DNA of 64,000 nt from Candidatus Anstonellales archaeon (GCA_038896535.1 JAWACY010000001.1:262488-326487); one strand, 5' to 3'; shown: positions 11,101 to 20,904, numbered from the stretch's first letter. Program-made: numbers and translations. Notes: generated by a model from the letters alone, not told the origin.

Positions 11101-11675
11101 TTTTTCTTAGCCCCCTTTGTTTCTTTCTTCTTAGCCTCTTTTTCTTGTTGTTTCAGCCATTCTAATTTTCCTAATCCAAGATCTCTTGAAGTCAAGCTTA
11201 TTTTAACATTGCTCAAATCCTTCATTGATACTGATGAAACCTTTGCATATATGATATCGCCCTTTTTAATTGTCTTTGTTCCATCGCTGCTTACTAGCTG
11301 TTTTGTCTTTTTATTGAACGAAAATTTTTCTTTTGATATTTGTGAAACATGCAATAAAGCTTCAAATGGGCCTATTGTTACAAAAGCACCGAAGTCAATA
11401 ACGTCTTTCACTACCCCGCATAAAACTTCATTTGGTTCAAGAGAAAATGTTAAAAGTGAATATTCTGCTTCATAATATACATTCGGGTCTCCAGGCGCAA
11501 CAAGGCCGGTATCATTGCTTTTAACATCTATTACTGATATTATATAACCAAGCTCTTTTCTTATTTTATTCTCATACTCATTTTTTATTACTTCCTTTAT
11601 TGCCTCGTCCCTATCCATTCTAAAAAGTTCTGGAGGAACTCTAAATTTTTCTTTGAGTGTAACTATATTATACAT
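11097..11675 (-). CDS. rpoE: DNA-directed RNA polymerase subunit E' (Rpo7)
   Basis: N-terminal Rpb7-like fold (VPPELF...) followed by an S1 domain (CGVVKDVIDFGAFVTIGPFEALLHVSQI). Start placed at MYNIV. Confidence 0.8.
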   Translation of the reverse strand: MYNIVTLKEKFRVPPELFRMDRDEAIKEVIKNEYENKIRKELGYIISVIDVKSNDTGLVAPGDPNVYYEAEYSLLTFSLEPNEVLCGVVKDVIDFGAFVTIGPFEALLHVSQISKEKFSFNKKTKQLVSSDGTKTIKKGDIIYAKVSSVSMKDLSNVKISLTSRDLGLGKLEWLKQQEKEAKKKETKGAKKK

Positions 11676-11724
11676 GATAACACCCAAACATTATTTATTA
11701 GCAAGATTTTAAAAAGCATTTTCT

Positions 11725-12720
11725 TTATCTTACTATATCTATTATCTGCTGAAATACTGTTATTGGGAGTGCTCCGCTTATTACTACTGCGCTATTATCT
11801 CCATCTGTTACAAGCTGGAATAAAGGCTGTCCAGTATTTGCAGCATATGCCATATTAATACTCTTTAATTGCTCTTTTTTGCTTTGGCTCAGCCCGTTTT
11901 TATTGAATATTACAAATGTTGGTGTGCCTGATGCATAAAAGCTATATGCTATTTGTGTATGCTCATTTATAACATTCAAATATTTTTTCTCATTATAGCA
12001 CTGTTTCCATTTATCTACATCAAGCCCCAAATCTGAAGCTATTTTTTCATATGTTGTATCACTTAATTGTGATTGATTACTGAAAAGAGCATCATGGTAT
12101 TGCCAAAATTTGCCCTGCTCTTTAGCGCATTCAGCAGCATTTGCTGCAGGCATTGCCTGTGCATGTATTTGCTCTAATGGCAGATGCGCATAATAGAACT
12201 TAACTAAGCCCCTATCAACATAAATCTGTTCAAATTGCTTCTCTGTCTGATCAAAAAAAGCTTTGCAAAAAGGGCATTGGAAATCACTGAATTCAATGAC
12301 TATAACGCTTGCATTATCATTTCCCTTAAATGCTGCACTTTCTATTTCCCTTATTTTATTATTTACATACCTCTCTGAGCTTGATAGATTTTTTTGTTCT
12401 TCAATCTGCTTTTTTATATCAGATAATTGCTTTATTATATCACTAACATTTTCTTCTTTTCCTGGAGTTAAGCCAATGATTTTTGTATAATTTTCATCAG
12501 TATAAATAATGAGGTCTTGTCCATTAAATGAATAAACGAGCCTTATCATATTTACTTTGCTAGCATTAACAAATGTTGGTTTTTGTACATTCTGTAATTC
12601 TGCTATTGAATTTAGCACATTTGTTATGTTATTTACTTTTTCCTGCTTTATTTCTGTTTGCGTGCATCCGGCTAAAATAACTAGTAATAAAATAGTCGAT
12701 ACAAAAAAATATTTTTGCAT
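11725..12720 (-). CDS. DsbA-family thiol:disulfide oxidoreductase, lipoprotein-like signal
   Basis: 331 aa. Thioredoxin CPFC active site in FSDFQCPFCKAFF. N-terminal signal with LAGC lipobox-like motif. Confidence 0.7.
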   Translation of the reverse strand: MQKYFFVSTILLLVILAGCTQTEIKQEKVNNITNVLNSIAELQNVQKPTFVNASKVNMIRLVYSFNGQDLIIYTDENYTKIIGLTPGKEENVSDIIKQLSDIKKQIEEQKNLSSSERYVNNKIREIESAAFKGNDNASVIVIEFSDFQCPFCKAFFDQTEKQFEQIYVDRGLVKFYYAHLPLEQIHAQAMPAANAAECAKEQGKFWQYHDALFSNQSQLSDTTYEKIASDLGLDVDKWKQCYNEKKYLNVINEHTQIAYSFYASGTPTFVIFNKNGLSQSKKEQLKSINMAYAANTGQPLFQLVTDGDNSAVVISGALPITVFQQIIDIVR

Positions 12721-12768
12721 ACAATAATTTTAGCACTATTTTTTAAATATATATGTTAAATTCAACAT

Positions 12769-13359
12769 ATGATTTCAGCTTTATTAAGAAAGACACTTAC
12801 TAATTATTTATTTTTTCCAATAGCCAAGCACATAAATATTGCTCCAAATTTAATAACGCTGCTTTCTTTGCCGTTTGCATTTTTGGCCCTTGTTTTTCTT
12901 TCCTTAAAGAACTGGTATATCGCATTATTATTCATATTTATATCAAGCATAATTGATAACATAGACGGGGCAGTGGCAAAATTGCATAATAAAAAAACAA
13001 GATTTGGCAGTTATCTTGATGGCTTTTGTGATAAAATACAGGAATTTTTTATATATTTAGGCCTCGCTCTTGCTGGTTATGTTTTTGAATCATTCGTTGC
13101 ATTTTCACTTTCATTTTTTGTCAATTTTGCAAAAATAAGGGCAGAGATGGTAAAAAGTTTAGATAATATGGACTGGCCTTCAATTGGTGAAAGAGCAGAA
13201 AGGATCATAATAATATTTTTGTCAATTGCATTAAATGCATTGATAAATGCTAATGATATTGATTTTATAAGAGTAGGCCTTTATACTGTTTCATTAATAT
13301 CATTTTTTGGTATTGTGCAAAGATTTATATTCGCAAATAAATACTTAAGCGAAAAATGA
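12769..13359 (+). CDS. CDP-alcohol phosphatidyltransferase family protein
   Basis: Motif DNIDGAVAK-x8-GSYLDGFCD fits D-x2-DG-x2-A(R/K)-x8-G-x3-D-x3-D. Polytopic membrane protein. Confidence 0.7.
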   Translation: MISALLRKTLTNYLFFPIAKHINIAPNLITLLSLPFAFLALVFLSLKNWYIALLFIFISSIIDNIDGAVAKLHNKKTRFGSYLDGFCDKIQEFFIYLGLALAGYVFESFVAFSLSFFVNFAKIRAEMVKSLDNMDWPSIGERAERIIIIFLSIALNALINANDIDFIRVGLYTVSLISFFGIVQRFIFANKYLSEK

Positions 13360-13414
13360 TATAGCAATTTTGTTATGTTAATTTATTTTTATGTTAATTT
13401 ATTTATGAATTTAT

Positions 13415-14083
13415 TTATGTTAAGAATGATTTTATAGTATATAATACATGTTCAATGCGCAGTTTTGAAAAACCAACTTTTCTATTTTTGAAATGAAAAT
13501 TAACATAGCAATAATCAAAATCTGCTTGCTTTATTATATCAAAAAGTATTTTCCATCCTTCTTTTACTATCCTTCTCTCATCTATGTTTTTTAAAATGCC
13601 TTTTCTTAATCCAAAAAATCCTGTCATGGGGTCTTTGCACATCTTTCTTTTGTTAAATAATAATGAAATATTAGCAAGCATTTTTGCTACGTATGCAATA
13701 ATTTTTCTTTTTAGAGGAAACACATTTCTATTTCCACTACATATTACTATATTACATTTATCTAATTTTTTTACTACATCCTTTATTTTATTTATGGGAT
13801 GCTGAAAATCAGCGTCAATAACAACAACATAGTCATATTTTGCTATCTTTATTCCATTCAAAATGTCCCAACTTAAATATCCCTCGCCCTTTGTTAATGT
13901 TATTTTTTTATCTTTTAAAGCAATGCCTTTTGCTATATTAAATGTTTTATCATTGCTTGCATCAACAATAACAATCTCTGCATTTCTGTATAAGCGCCTC
14001 AGTGCCTTTAATAATTTCGATATTGTTTTCTCTTCATTCTTTGTAGGCACAACTATGGAAAAATTCATATCTCTGGCTTGCAT
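13415..14083 (-). CDS. family 2 glycosyltransferase (dolichyl-phosphate sugar synthase-like)
   Basis: FSIVVPTKNEE...IVIVDASNDKT...VVVIDADFQHP, the GT2 DxD architecture. Confidence 0.75.
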   Translation of the reverse strand: MQARDMNFSIVVPTKNEEKTISKLLKALRRLYRNAEIVIVDASNDKTFNIAKGIALKDKKITLTKGEGYLSWDILNGIKIAKYDYVVVIDADFQHPINKIKDVVKKLDKCNIVICSGNRNVFPLKRKIIAYVAKMLANISLLFNKRKMCKDPMTGFFGLRKGILKNIDERRIVKEGWKILFDIIKQADFDYCYVNFHFKNRKVGFSKLRIEHVLYTIKSFLT

Positions 14084-15087
14084 ATTAACACTTCTTCAAA
14101 TCTTTTATCAATGCCTATTTTGTAATCATTGCAAATATTTAATAATAAATCTGCCAGCTCTTTTTTATCCTCTTTTTTATGATAAGCGCTCATAACAATA
14201 ATTAGCTTAAATCTCCTTATTGTTTCTTTAGCCCCTTTTAATGCCTGTTTTTCATATCCTTCAATATCCATCTTTATAAAATCAACACTTTTTATTCTAT
14301 GCCTTTTTATAAAATAATCAATCTTCAATACATTTATTTTTTGCCTTTTATTATATGAATGCTTGTTAATAAAATTAACATCTAATGAATGGCCGCCAAT
14401 GTTCAATTTATTAATATATAAATAACCACTTCCATTATTTTCTCCAACTGCAAAATTAAATGCCTTTACATTACTGGCCTTAAATAAGCCAATCATATTT
14501 TTCAAGACCATAAAGTTATTTCTTTCTGGCTCTATTGCATATATTTTTCCTTTTGGATTTAAATAAGAAGCAAAAATAGAAAAAATGCCAATATTAGCCC
14601 CACAATCAATTACAATCTTGCCATTTTTAATAAATTCCCTTGCATGATACTGATCTTTTACTACAATTTCACTAAAAAATAGCCATAAAAATGTTTTTTT
14701 ATAGGGCAATTTATTAAGCCCATTAAGTTTATCTATTTTATAATAATTATTGATTGACTTATAAAATTCATTACATTCTTTACTATCTTCTATTATGTTA
14801 AGCATTTCATTAGCTCCTAAACTTATTTCTTTTTCATACATTTTTAATTTAGATAATGCATAACCTGTTTTTACATTAATGCCATATATCATCAAATTTA
14901 TCAAATTTTTTAGTTTATCTATATTTTTATCAGCATTATGAATATTTTTATGCAATGTAGAAAATATTATTTTTATTACATTAATGTCATTAAATGCATT
15001 TTTTCTAATCTCATTAATTAGTGAGTTAAATTTTAGGGAATCCATGCAAAATAACAAAAAGGTAATATTTTTAAATATTTCCGCCAA
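14065..15087 (-). CDS. FkbM-family methyltransferase
   Basis: VIDCGANIGIFS SAM-binding motif typical of FkbM-domain MTases. Confidence 0.65.
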   Translation of the reverse strand: MAEIFKNITFLLFCMDSLKFNSLINEIRKNAFNDINVIKIIFSTLHKNIHNADKNIDKLKNLINLMIYGINVKTGYALSKLKMYEKEISLGANEMLNIIEDSKECNEFYKSINNYYKIDKLNGLNKLPYKKTFLWLFFSEIVVKDQYHAREFIKNGKIVIDCGANIGIFSIFASYLNPKGKIYAIEPERNNFMVLKNMIGLFKASNVKAFNFAVGENNGSGYLYINKLNIGGHSLDVNFINKHSYNKRQKINVLKIDYFIKRHRIKSVDFIKMDIEGYEKQALKGAKETIRRFKLIIVMSAYHKKEDKKELADLLLNICNDYKIGIDKRFEEVLICKPEI

Positions 15088-15092
15088 AATAA

Positions 15093-15449
15093 ATGAGAGG
15101 TGTTTTTATGGTTGAAAATGGCAAATATAAAATATTATCTGCCCTAGTGATAGCCATACTTTTAATCAGTGTGAATTTGGTTTTTGCTGCTGATACAACT
15201 AATGTAACTAATGCACTTGGGAGTCTTAAAACTATAATATGTGGATTTTTTGGTGCTTTAATAACAGTTGCAATAGTTTTAGCAGCAATTGCATATGCAG
15301 CAGGAAATGTAATGGGTGCTGAAGCAGGAGCAAGAGCAAAAGTATGGGCAACAAACTTAATAATGGGAGCAGCAATAGGAGTAGTTATATATATTGTCGC
15401 ACCACTTGTCTTAAGTACTTTGTCTGGTCAAAGTGCGTCTGGTTGTTAA
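15093..15449 (+). CDS. small secreted membrane protein, VirB2/TrbC (conjugative pilin)-like architecture
   Basis: 118 aa. Sec-type signal (…VNLVFA|ADTT) followed by two G/A-rich hydrophobic helices separated by a short basic loop. Confidence 0.45.
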   Translation: MRGVFMVENGKYKILSALVIAILLISVNLVFAADTTNVTNALGSLKTIICGFFGALITVAIVLAAIAYAAGNVMGAEAGARAKVWATNLIMGAAIGVVIYIVAPLVLSTLSGQSASGC

Positions 15450-15750
15450 ATTTGAAATGAAATCATTTAATAAAGCAAATGCTGCTTTATTGGCAAGCAT
15501 TTGTTTTTTTCATTATTTACTTGCAATTTTTGTTGCTGCTTTTGGACCAAAAGAATTTAGAAAAATAGCAAGTTTTGGTTTTTTATTTAATATTGTAATT
15601 AATATTGTAGTAATTCAGAATATTGTCATTTTACTTAATAACAGATTTTTAGCATTTATAATTGCTTACCTTATATTTTTACTTTGCTTCGCATGGTTTT
15701 ATTATAAAAACACCATCTTCAATGCTACTGCTTTTATAAATGTTAGTTAA
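15433..15750 (+). CDS. small membrane protein (hypothetical, about 3 TM)
   Basis: 105 aa hydrophobic ORF. Its 3' end overlaps the convergent membrane-protein gene. Confidence 0.3.
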   Translation: MRLVVKFEMKSFNKANAALLASICFFHYLLAIFVAAFGPKEFRKIASFGFLFNIVINIVVIQNIVILLNNRFLAFIIAYLIFLLCFAWFYYKNTIFNATAFINVS

Positions 15751-17109
15751 ATTTTCTTCATTCGTGATGTAACTAATACTATCATTGAAAATTTCACAGT
15801 ACTGCTTTAATAGTAATATGTCCGCACCCTGAAATGTATCCAACTGGAGGGAAGTTAAATAGTATGTTAAATCTTTAATATCTTTTTTTGGCCTTATTGG
15901 ATGGGTCATTATAACATTATATGAAAATACCGGCGTTTCCTTTAAAATTGAATAAATACATAAAATATGAGAACTATAGAAAAATACTAATTTATCGTTT
16001 GCTACTCCACTAATTATTTTGTTTGTTAAGTCATGGTTGCAATTAAAATAGGCAAGAGTTAAGTCTGGCATTGCTTTTATGTCTGGAAAAATACCTGGTA
16101 ATGTTATTATAAGTAAAAATGATAATATAAAAAGCATGGAAAAAAACGAAGCAAGCTCTTTATTATTTTTATTTTCATTGGCTATAGCAATAGCATAAAT
16201 AATAAATGGTGCAGTTATTCTTGAACTAATATAAAAAAATCCACCAACAAAAGGAATTATAAAAAATAATGAAAGTAAAAATAAATATTGTACTCTTATA
16301 ACTGAATTAGTTTTGAATAAATAGAAGAAAAGAGCAAATCCCATAACAGCGTATAGAGTAAAAAAAGGAAGCGCTAGGTTTTGAGAAAAGTTTCTCCAAC
16401 CGCCATAAATGATATCTCTATAATAATCTATATTGTCCTGGTTATATTTGCTTATGTAAATGTAATAGGCTGATATTATGAATAGTAAGAATGCGCATAA
16501 TATTGAATAATAAATATTTTTTGTTTCTTTTTTTTCAAATGATTCTATTGCCCTTATGCCATAATAAAGAAAGCCAATCAAAGGATGTGTAACATAAAAT
16601 ATAGGAACTGAGATTATAGCATTTATGAAATTAAAATCAAGCGCCAAAAAAAGGAAAAACACTATTTGTGAAAAAGCCCATGCAGGCATATAATGAAAAG
16701 TAAAAAAACTTGCTGAAATAATGAATGAAGCAGCGTAAAAATAAAATGAATAGGCATTTCTTGATTTTAAGAATAAATAAATAGAATAAGCAAGCAATGG
16801 AACAGATATTAAAGAGAATAAAAAAACAATTGCATAAGGTTCATTTATATAAGTTGATATAAAATAAGCGAAAAGATGGAATATTGAAGCAGGGGCCAAA
16901 GGAGAAAATATAAAAATATCAGGATATCTTTTGCTTAAAAAAACAGCGGCTAAATGGTGATATGCGTCGCTATTCATGTAGTAGTTAAAATAAAATATAT
17001 AGATGAGCATTATTATAATACACAAATAAGCAAAGATTTTTGTTTTTTCCAGGTTTATTTTACTTTTTGCCATAATAAAACCCTGAAAACCAAATTTTAT
17101 AAAAAACAA
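15679..17109 (-). CDS. polytopic integral membrane protein (possible GT-C-like glycosyltransferase/polymerase)
   Basis: 476 aa, more than 10 predicted TM segments rich in F/Y. Lies within the glycosylation gene neighbourhood. Confidence 0.45.
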   Translation of the reverse strand: MFFIKFGFQGFIMAKSKINLEKTKIFAYLCIIIMLIYIFYFNYYMNSDAYHHLAAVFLSKRYPDIFIFSPLAPASIFHLFAYFISTYINEPYAIVFLFSLISVPLLAYSIYLFLKSRNAYSFYFYAASFIISASFFTFHYMPAWAFSQIVFFLFLALDFNFINAIISVPIFYVTHPLIGFLYYGIRAIESFEKKETKNIYYSILCAFLLFIISAYYIYISKYNQDNIDYYRDIIYGGWRNFSQNLALPFFTLYAVMGFALFFYLFKTNSVIRVQYLFLLSLFFIIPFVGGFFYISSRITAPFIIYAIAIANENKNNKELASFFSMLFILSFLLIITLPGIFPDIKAMPDLTLAYFNCNHDLTNKIISGVANDKLVFFYSSHILCIYSILKETPVFSYNVIMTHPIRPKKDIKDLTYYLTSLQLDTFQGADILLLKQYCEIFNDSISYITNEENLTNIYKSSSIEDGVFIIKPCEAK

Positions 17110-17112
17110 TAT

Positions 17113-18375
17113 TTAAATTTCAAAAATATTATTATTAATTAGTTCGCCACTTTTTATGCCTTTTTCTTGCAGTTCATTTATTATCTCATTTGCTCTTCCT
17201 TTTTCAGAATGGCAAAATAAAACATATTCAGCATTGGCCATGTTTATAGCATCTATAATTTGACTTTTTCCAACATGTGCTGATAAATCAATATAATGAA
17301 CAGGCAATTTAATATTAACTTCTTTTCCATCTATTTTAAGTTTACTTTGAGTTAAAAGCCTATGGCCATTGCTGCCCTCAACTTGAAAACCAGTTAGTAT
17401 TATGCTAGAGTTATCATTTAATTCCTTTACATAATTAAGGACAGGCCCGCCATCCATCATGCCAGCAGTAGTTATTATAATTGATTCCCCATTTAATGCC
17501 TTTTTTCTATCTCTAGCGCTTTCAACAAAATTTATATTATCACAATATTGTGAAAATTCATCAAAATGCTTGATATATGTAGGATATTTTAAATAAATCC
17601 TTGTTATGTCTTTTCCCATGCCGTCAATGTATATTGGTACATCAGGAAAATCATTATAAATTGCCATTATAACTTCTTGAGTTCTTCCAACAGCAAAAGC
17701 AGGCAGTAAAGCTTGTCCACCCCTCTCTATTGTTTCTCTTATTTTTTCAATCAGCATGGCTTTGCTTTCATTTATATCTGGATGTTCTTTATTAGCATAT
17801 GTGCCTTCAATAATTAAAACATCACATTCTCCAAAATTTTCAAAAGGGCTTTGAAGAAAGCTTCTATAACCAATATCTCCAGAATAAACAATCCTTTTGC
17901 CATCAAGCTCTATTGATATAGATGCACTTCCTAATATATGGCCAGCATCAAAAAAGCGGAATTTAAACATTCCATGCCTTATGTAAGTTCCAAATAAAGA
18001 TGGATGCCAGTTTGATTTTGCTTTTTCAACTGCTTTATTTGTATAGTGCTCTGTTATGCCTTTTAATTTAGCAAGTTTTATGCTATCCCTCCATAAAATG
18101 TCAGCGATATCATATGTTGGTGGCGTTGCATACCATGGAATTTTTTTCCCTAATTTATATAGATTTGGCAAATAACCAACATGATCAAGATGGCCATGGC
18201 TTATTAAAAACAAGTCTATATTTTTAACATAATTAAATGGATTTTCTGGATATTGTGGTTTTTCTAATCCATGTAGTTTTATTCCATAATCTATAAGGAC
18301 ATTCCCTTCTTTGCTTTTAAATAAAAAAGCGCTCCTTCCTACTTCCCCTCCAGCTCCTAAAGGAATGATTTTCAT
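17113..18375 (-). CDS. MBL-fold beta-CASP ribonuclease (aCPSF2/RNase J-like)
   Basis: 420 aa. HGHLDHVGYLP metallo-beta-lactamase motif, and beta-CASP-type conserved Asp/His motifs further C-terminal. Confidence 0.7.
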   Translation of the reverse strand: MKIIPLGAGGEVGRSAFLFKSKEGNVLIDYGIKLHGLEKPQYPENPFNYVKNIDLFLISHGHLDHVGYLPNLYKLGKKIPWYATPPTYDIADILWRDSIKLAKLKGITEHYTNKAVEKAKSNWHPSLFGTYIRHGMFKFRFFDAGHILGSASISIELDGKRIVYSGDIGYRSFLQSPFENFGECDVLIIEGTYANKEHPDINESKAMLIEKIRETIERGGQALLPAFAVGRTQEVIMAIYNDFPDVPIYIDGMGKDITRIYLKYPTYIKHFDEFSQYCDNINFVESARDRKKALNGESIIITTAGMMDGGPVLNYVKELNDNSSIILTGFQVEGSNGHRLLTQSKLKIDGKEVNIKLPVHYIDLSAHVGKSQIIDAINMANAEYVLFCHSEKGRANEIINELQEKGIKSGELINNNIFEI

Positions 18376-18489
18376 TTAAAGCTCTCCTACCCTTCTCTTT
18401 AATTTTCTTTTAAGCCTTTTCCTTTTCTTTTTTATCCATTTCCATCTCATTCTGCCCTTTTTCTTCCATTTTCTTGGTTTGTCTCCCAT
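18376..18489 (-). CDS. rpl41e: 50S ribosomal protein L41e (eL41)
   Basis: Manually translated 37 aa: [37 protein letters not shown]. Extremely basic with the KW..KKR.RRLKRK pattern of eL41. Stop abuts the next gene start (TAAATG). Below the ORF-track cutoff. Confidence 0.7.
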   Translation of the reverse strand: MGDKPRKWKKKGRMRWKWIKKKRKRLKRKLKRRVGEL

Positions 18490-18498
18490 AATATCAAC

Positions 18499-19062
18499 TC
18501 AAAATTTTTCCAAGCTCTGTTCAAGCTGTTCTAAATCATTATGCATCTCCTTTAATGCCTTTATTAGAACATTCCTTGCACTCATCTGGCCTATTGATTC
18601 TATAAAAAATTGAAATCCATCACTGCTTTCTTTATATGCTGTTATTGATGCTTGGAATTTCATATGCTCTCTTCCTATGCCCCTCTTCAAAAATCCTTCA
18701 AGCCTTAAGCTCTGCCCTTCAGCAAGTGTTATTATCGGTATGCCTTTTATTGCAACGCCTGTTTTTTCATTATTGCATTGTAAATCTTCACTATAAACAA
18801 TCTTTGGCCCTATTGCATCTAAATAGAAACCAACGCCCTCTGCTTTTATATCAGCATCCTTTATTGGGATAAGCCCTATCCTATGAGCTATGTATTCGTC
18901 AAAAAGAGCAGTCCTGTTTTCATAAAATGTTACTTTATCAATTGCTAAAACCGGAACTCTTGACATTGCATATCTTCTTAAAGCATTTGCAAATCTAACA
19001 CTTGATTTAAGCAAGAACTCAATAGTATTTTCATTTTCATTTAATATTTTTATGTCAACCAT
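18499..19062 (-). CDS. rpoD: DNA-directed RNA polymerase subunit D (Rpo3)
   Basis: FANALRRYAMSRVPVLAIDKV...DEYIAHRIGLIPI is the Rpo3/RpoD dimerisation-domain signature. Conserved position after S11. Confidence 0.8.
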   Translation of the reverse strand: MVDIKILNENENTIEFLLKSSVRFANALRRYAMSRVPVLAIDKVTFYENRTALFDEYIAHRIGLIPIKDADIKAEGVGFYLDAIGPKIVYSEDLQCNNEKTGVAIKGIPIITLAEGQSLRLEGFLKRGIGREHMKFQASITAYKESSDGFQFFIESIGQMSARNVLIKALKEMHNDLEQLEQSLEKF

Positions 19063-19076
19063 CTTTTCACCAATTT

Positions 19077-19460
19077 TCAGACTCTCCTCCCTCTCCTGCC
19101 ACCTTTCTTTCTCATAGAGTCAGTTGGCAGAGGCGTTACATCTTCTATACGCAATATTTTTAATCCTGCCCTTGCAAGCATTCTAACAGCAGCCTGTGCT
19201 CCTTGTCCTGGCGTTCTGCTTTTATTTCCTCCTGGTGCTCTTAATTTTATTATTATTTTTTCAACCCCATGCTCTCTTAATTTTTCTGCAACCTTTGTTG
19301 CTGCTTGCATTGCAGCATAAGGTTTGCCCTCTTCCCTATCAGCATCAACAATAACCCCGCCAGAGCACCAAGCAAGAGTTTCTGCTCCACTTAAATCAGT
19401 CGCTGTTATTATAGTATTATTTTTTGATGAATATATTCTTACAACCGCTATCTTTACCAT
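19077..19460 (-). CDS. rps11: 30S ribosomal protein S11 (uS11)
   Basis: ...[29 protein letters not shown]... uS11 signature. Confidence 0.9.
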   Translation of the reverse strand: MVKIAVVRIYSSKNNTIITATDLSGAETLAWCSGGVIVDADREEGKPYAAMQAATKVAEKLREHGVEKIIIKLRAPGGNKSRTPGQGAQAAVRMLARAGLKILRIEDVTPLPTDSMRKKGGRRGRRV

Positions 19461-19462
19461 TT

Positions 19463-20026
19463 TTATCCCTCTTCTTCATTCTCCTCTTCTTTCTCATTCT
19501 CTACACTTTCAGCGCTTTCCTGTTCTTTTTTCACTTCTTTAAATATACTTGAAGGGTCTTTATAATAACCTATGCTATTCTCTTCATTGACACTTACTAA
19601 ATAGCCAGGGTTTTTTATTCTTTTTCCATTTATTGCTATAAATCCATGAGTTATAAGCTGTCTTGCCTGTCTTATTGTTTTTGCCATTCCTTTTCTATAA
19701 ACTAATGTTTGTAATCTCCTTTCAAGAATGCTCTTAACATTTAATGATAAAATATCATCAATGCTTGCATTTTCAGGCAAGATATTTAATCTAGCCAGTT
19801 TTTTATTTATTTTTTTTAGTGCTATTTCTTTTTCCTTTTCTTCAATTCCGAGTATTCTTCTTGCTTCTCTCCTTATTTTTCTTAATTCTGCTCTTGCTAC
19901 CCAAAGGCTTTGCATATTTTTCAATCCATATTCATTTTTCAGCTTTTTTTCTTCTATTATCCTTAATTTATCCCAAAGCTTTTTTGGCCTTTTAAATTTT
20001 TTCCTTATCCTTCTAGGATCTCCCAT
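19463..20026 (-). CDS. rps4: 30S ribosomal protein S4 (uS4)
   Basis: [21 protein letters not shown]-terminus and S4 domain. Acidic C-terminal tail. Confidence 0.9.
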   Translation of the reverse strand: MGDPRRIRKKFKRPKKLWDKLRIIEEKKLKNEYGLKNMQSLWVARAELRKIRREARRILGIEEKEKEIALKKINKKLARLNILPENASIDDILSLNVKSILERRLQTLVYRKGMAKTIRQARQLITHGFIAINGKRIKNPGYLVSVNEENSIGYYKDPSSIFKEVKKEQESAESVENEKEEENEEEG

Positions 20027-20051
20027 AGTCTCACTCTATCTTATTTGTTTT

Positions 20052-20636
20052 CTATTTGCCTTGTTTTCCTTCTGCCTTTGCAGGCTGTTCCTTCTTCTTT
20101 ATAACTCCAACAGTCATGCCAGTTCTGCCCGTATTCTTTGTCCTTTGTCCTCTAACCTTTTGTCCTTTCAGATGCCTATAGCCTTGCCATGTCCTTGATT
20201 TTTTCTTTGCCTCTATGTCTTGACGCTTTGCAAAATCAAGGTCATTCATAATTACATGAATGTTATTTCCAGTTGCCATATCTTTTCTCCTATTAAGCAA
20301 AAATGCAGGCAATAATCTATCATCGATTGAATATAATATTTTATTTATTTTTTCAACTTGCTCTTCATTTAATTTATTTAATTCAATATCCTTTGGTACA
20401 TTGAGCGCATTGCTTATTATGTTTGCAACCGGCCACCTGAGGCCATGGCTTATGCCTTTTATATTAAGCAAAGCCCTGTGTAGCTTTAGCCCGCCATCTA
20501 AATCATTGCCAGCTATTCTTACTATGCCCTTTAATCTTTTTTCTAATTTTTGCTCTTGTTTCTCTTCATTTTTGCCTTTCTTCTCATGTTTGCTTTGCTT
20601 TTTTTCCTGCTTACTTTCTTTTTCTTCCTTTGCCAT
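20052..20636 (-). CDS. rps13: 30S ribosomal protein S13 (uS13) with Lys/Glu-rich N-terminal extension
   Basis: GIVRIAGNDLDGGLKLHRALLNIKGI...uS13 core. About 40 aa of K/E-rich N-terminal extension. Confidence 0.85.
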   Translation of the reverse strand: MAKEEKESKQEKKQSKHEKKGKNEEKQEQKLEKRLKGIVRIAGNDLDGGLKLHRALLNIKGISHGLRWPVANIISNALNVPKDIELNKLNEEQVEKINKILYSIDDRLLPAFLLNRRKDMATGNNIHVIMNDLDFAKRQDIEAKKKSRTWQGYRHLKGQKVRGQRTKNTGRTGMTVGVIKKKEQPAKAEGKQGK

Positions 20637-20658
20637 AATATCACATTATTTTTGCTTT

Positions 20659-20756
20659 CGCCAGGGGTGGGAATCTCGGCATATAGCTTTCGAACCCACG
20701 AGCCCTTTCAGGCACACGCTCTCCAGGCGTGCGCATTACCACTCTGCCACCCTGGC
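20659..20756 (-). tRNA. tRNA-Ser(GGA) with a putative 16-nt intron in the T-loop
   Basis: Acceptor GCCAGGG/CCCTGGC. Anticodon stem CACGC/GCGTG with loop CTGGAGA. Long variable arm. T-stem GTGGG/CCCAC enclosing TTCGAA[AGCTATATGCCGAGAT]T. Confidence 0.6.
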
Positions 20757-20849
20757 TTTTTTATTATGTTGCATAGTATTTTTAAATAATTATCCTTGAG
20801 AATAAATAAAGTATAGGAAAATTTTAAAAGGTTTCTCTTTATATTTATT

Positions 20850-20904
20850 ATAGTCTAATTCTATTACTTATCATGCTAAATAGAATTTAGAAGAGGTGGT
20901 GTAA
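20850..20904 (+). promoter_or_regulatory. putative thermosome promoter (TATA-like tttatatttatta) and SD GAGGTGGTG
   Basis: AT-rich TATA-like element about 45 nt upstream of the ATG. A strong SD-like purine tract 5 nt upstream of the start. Confidence 0.35.

Noticed and set aside
20260-20799. 179-aa plus ORF
   Set aside because: It is antisense to rps13 and spans tRNA-Ser, so it is spurious.
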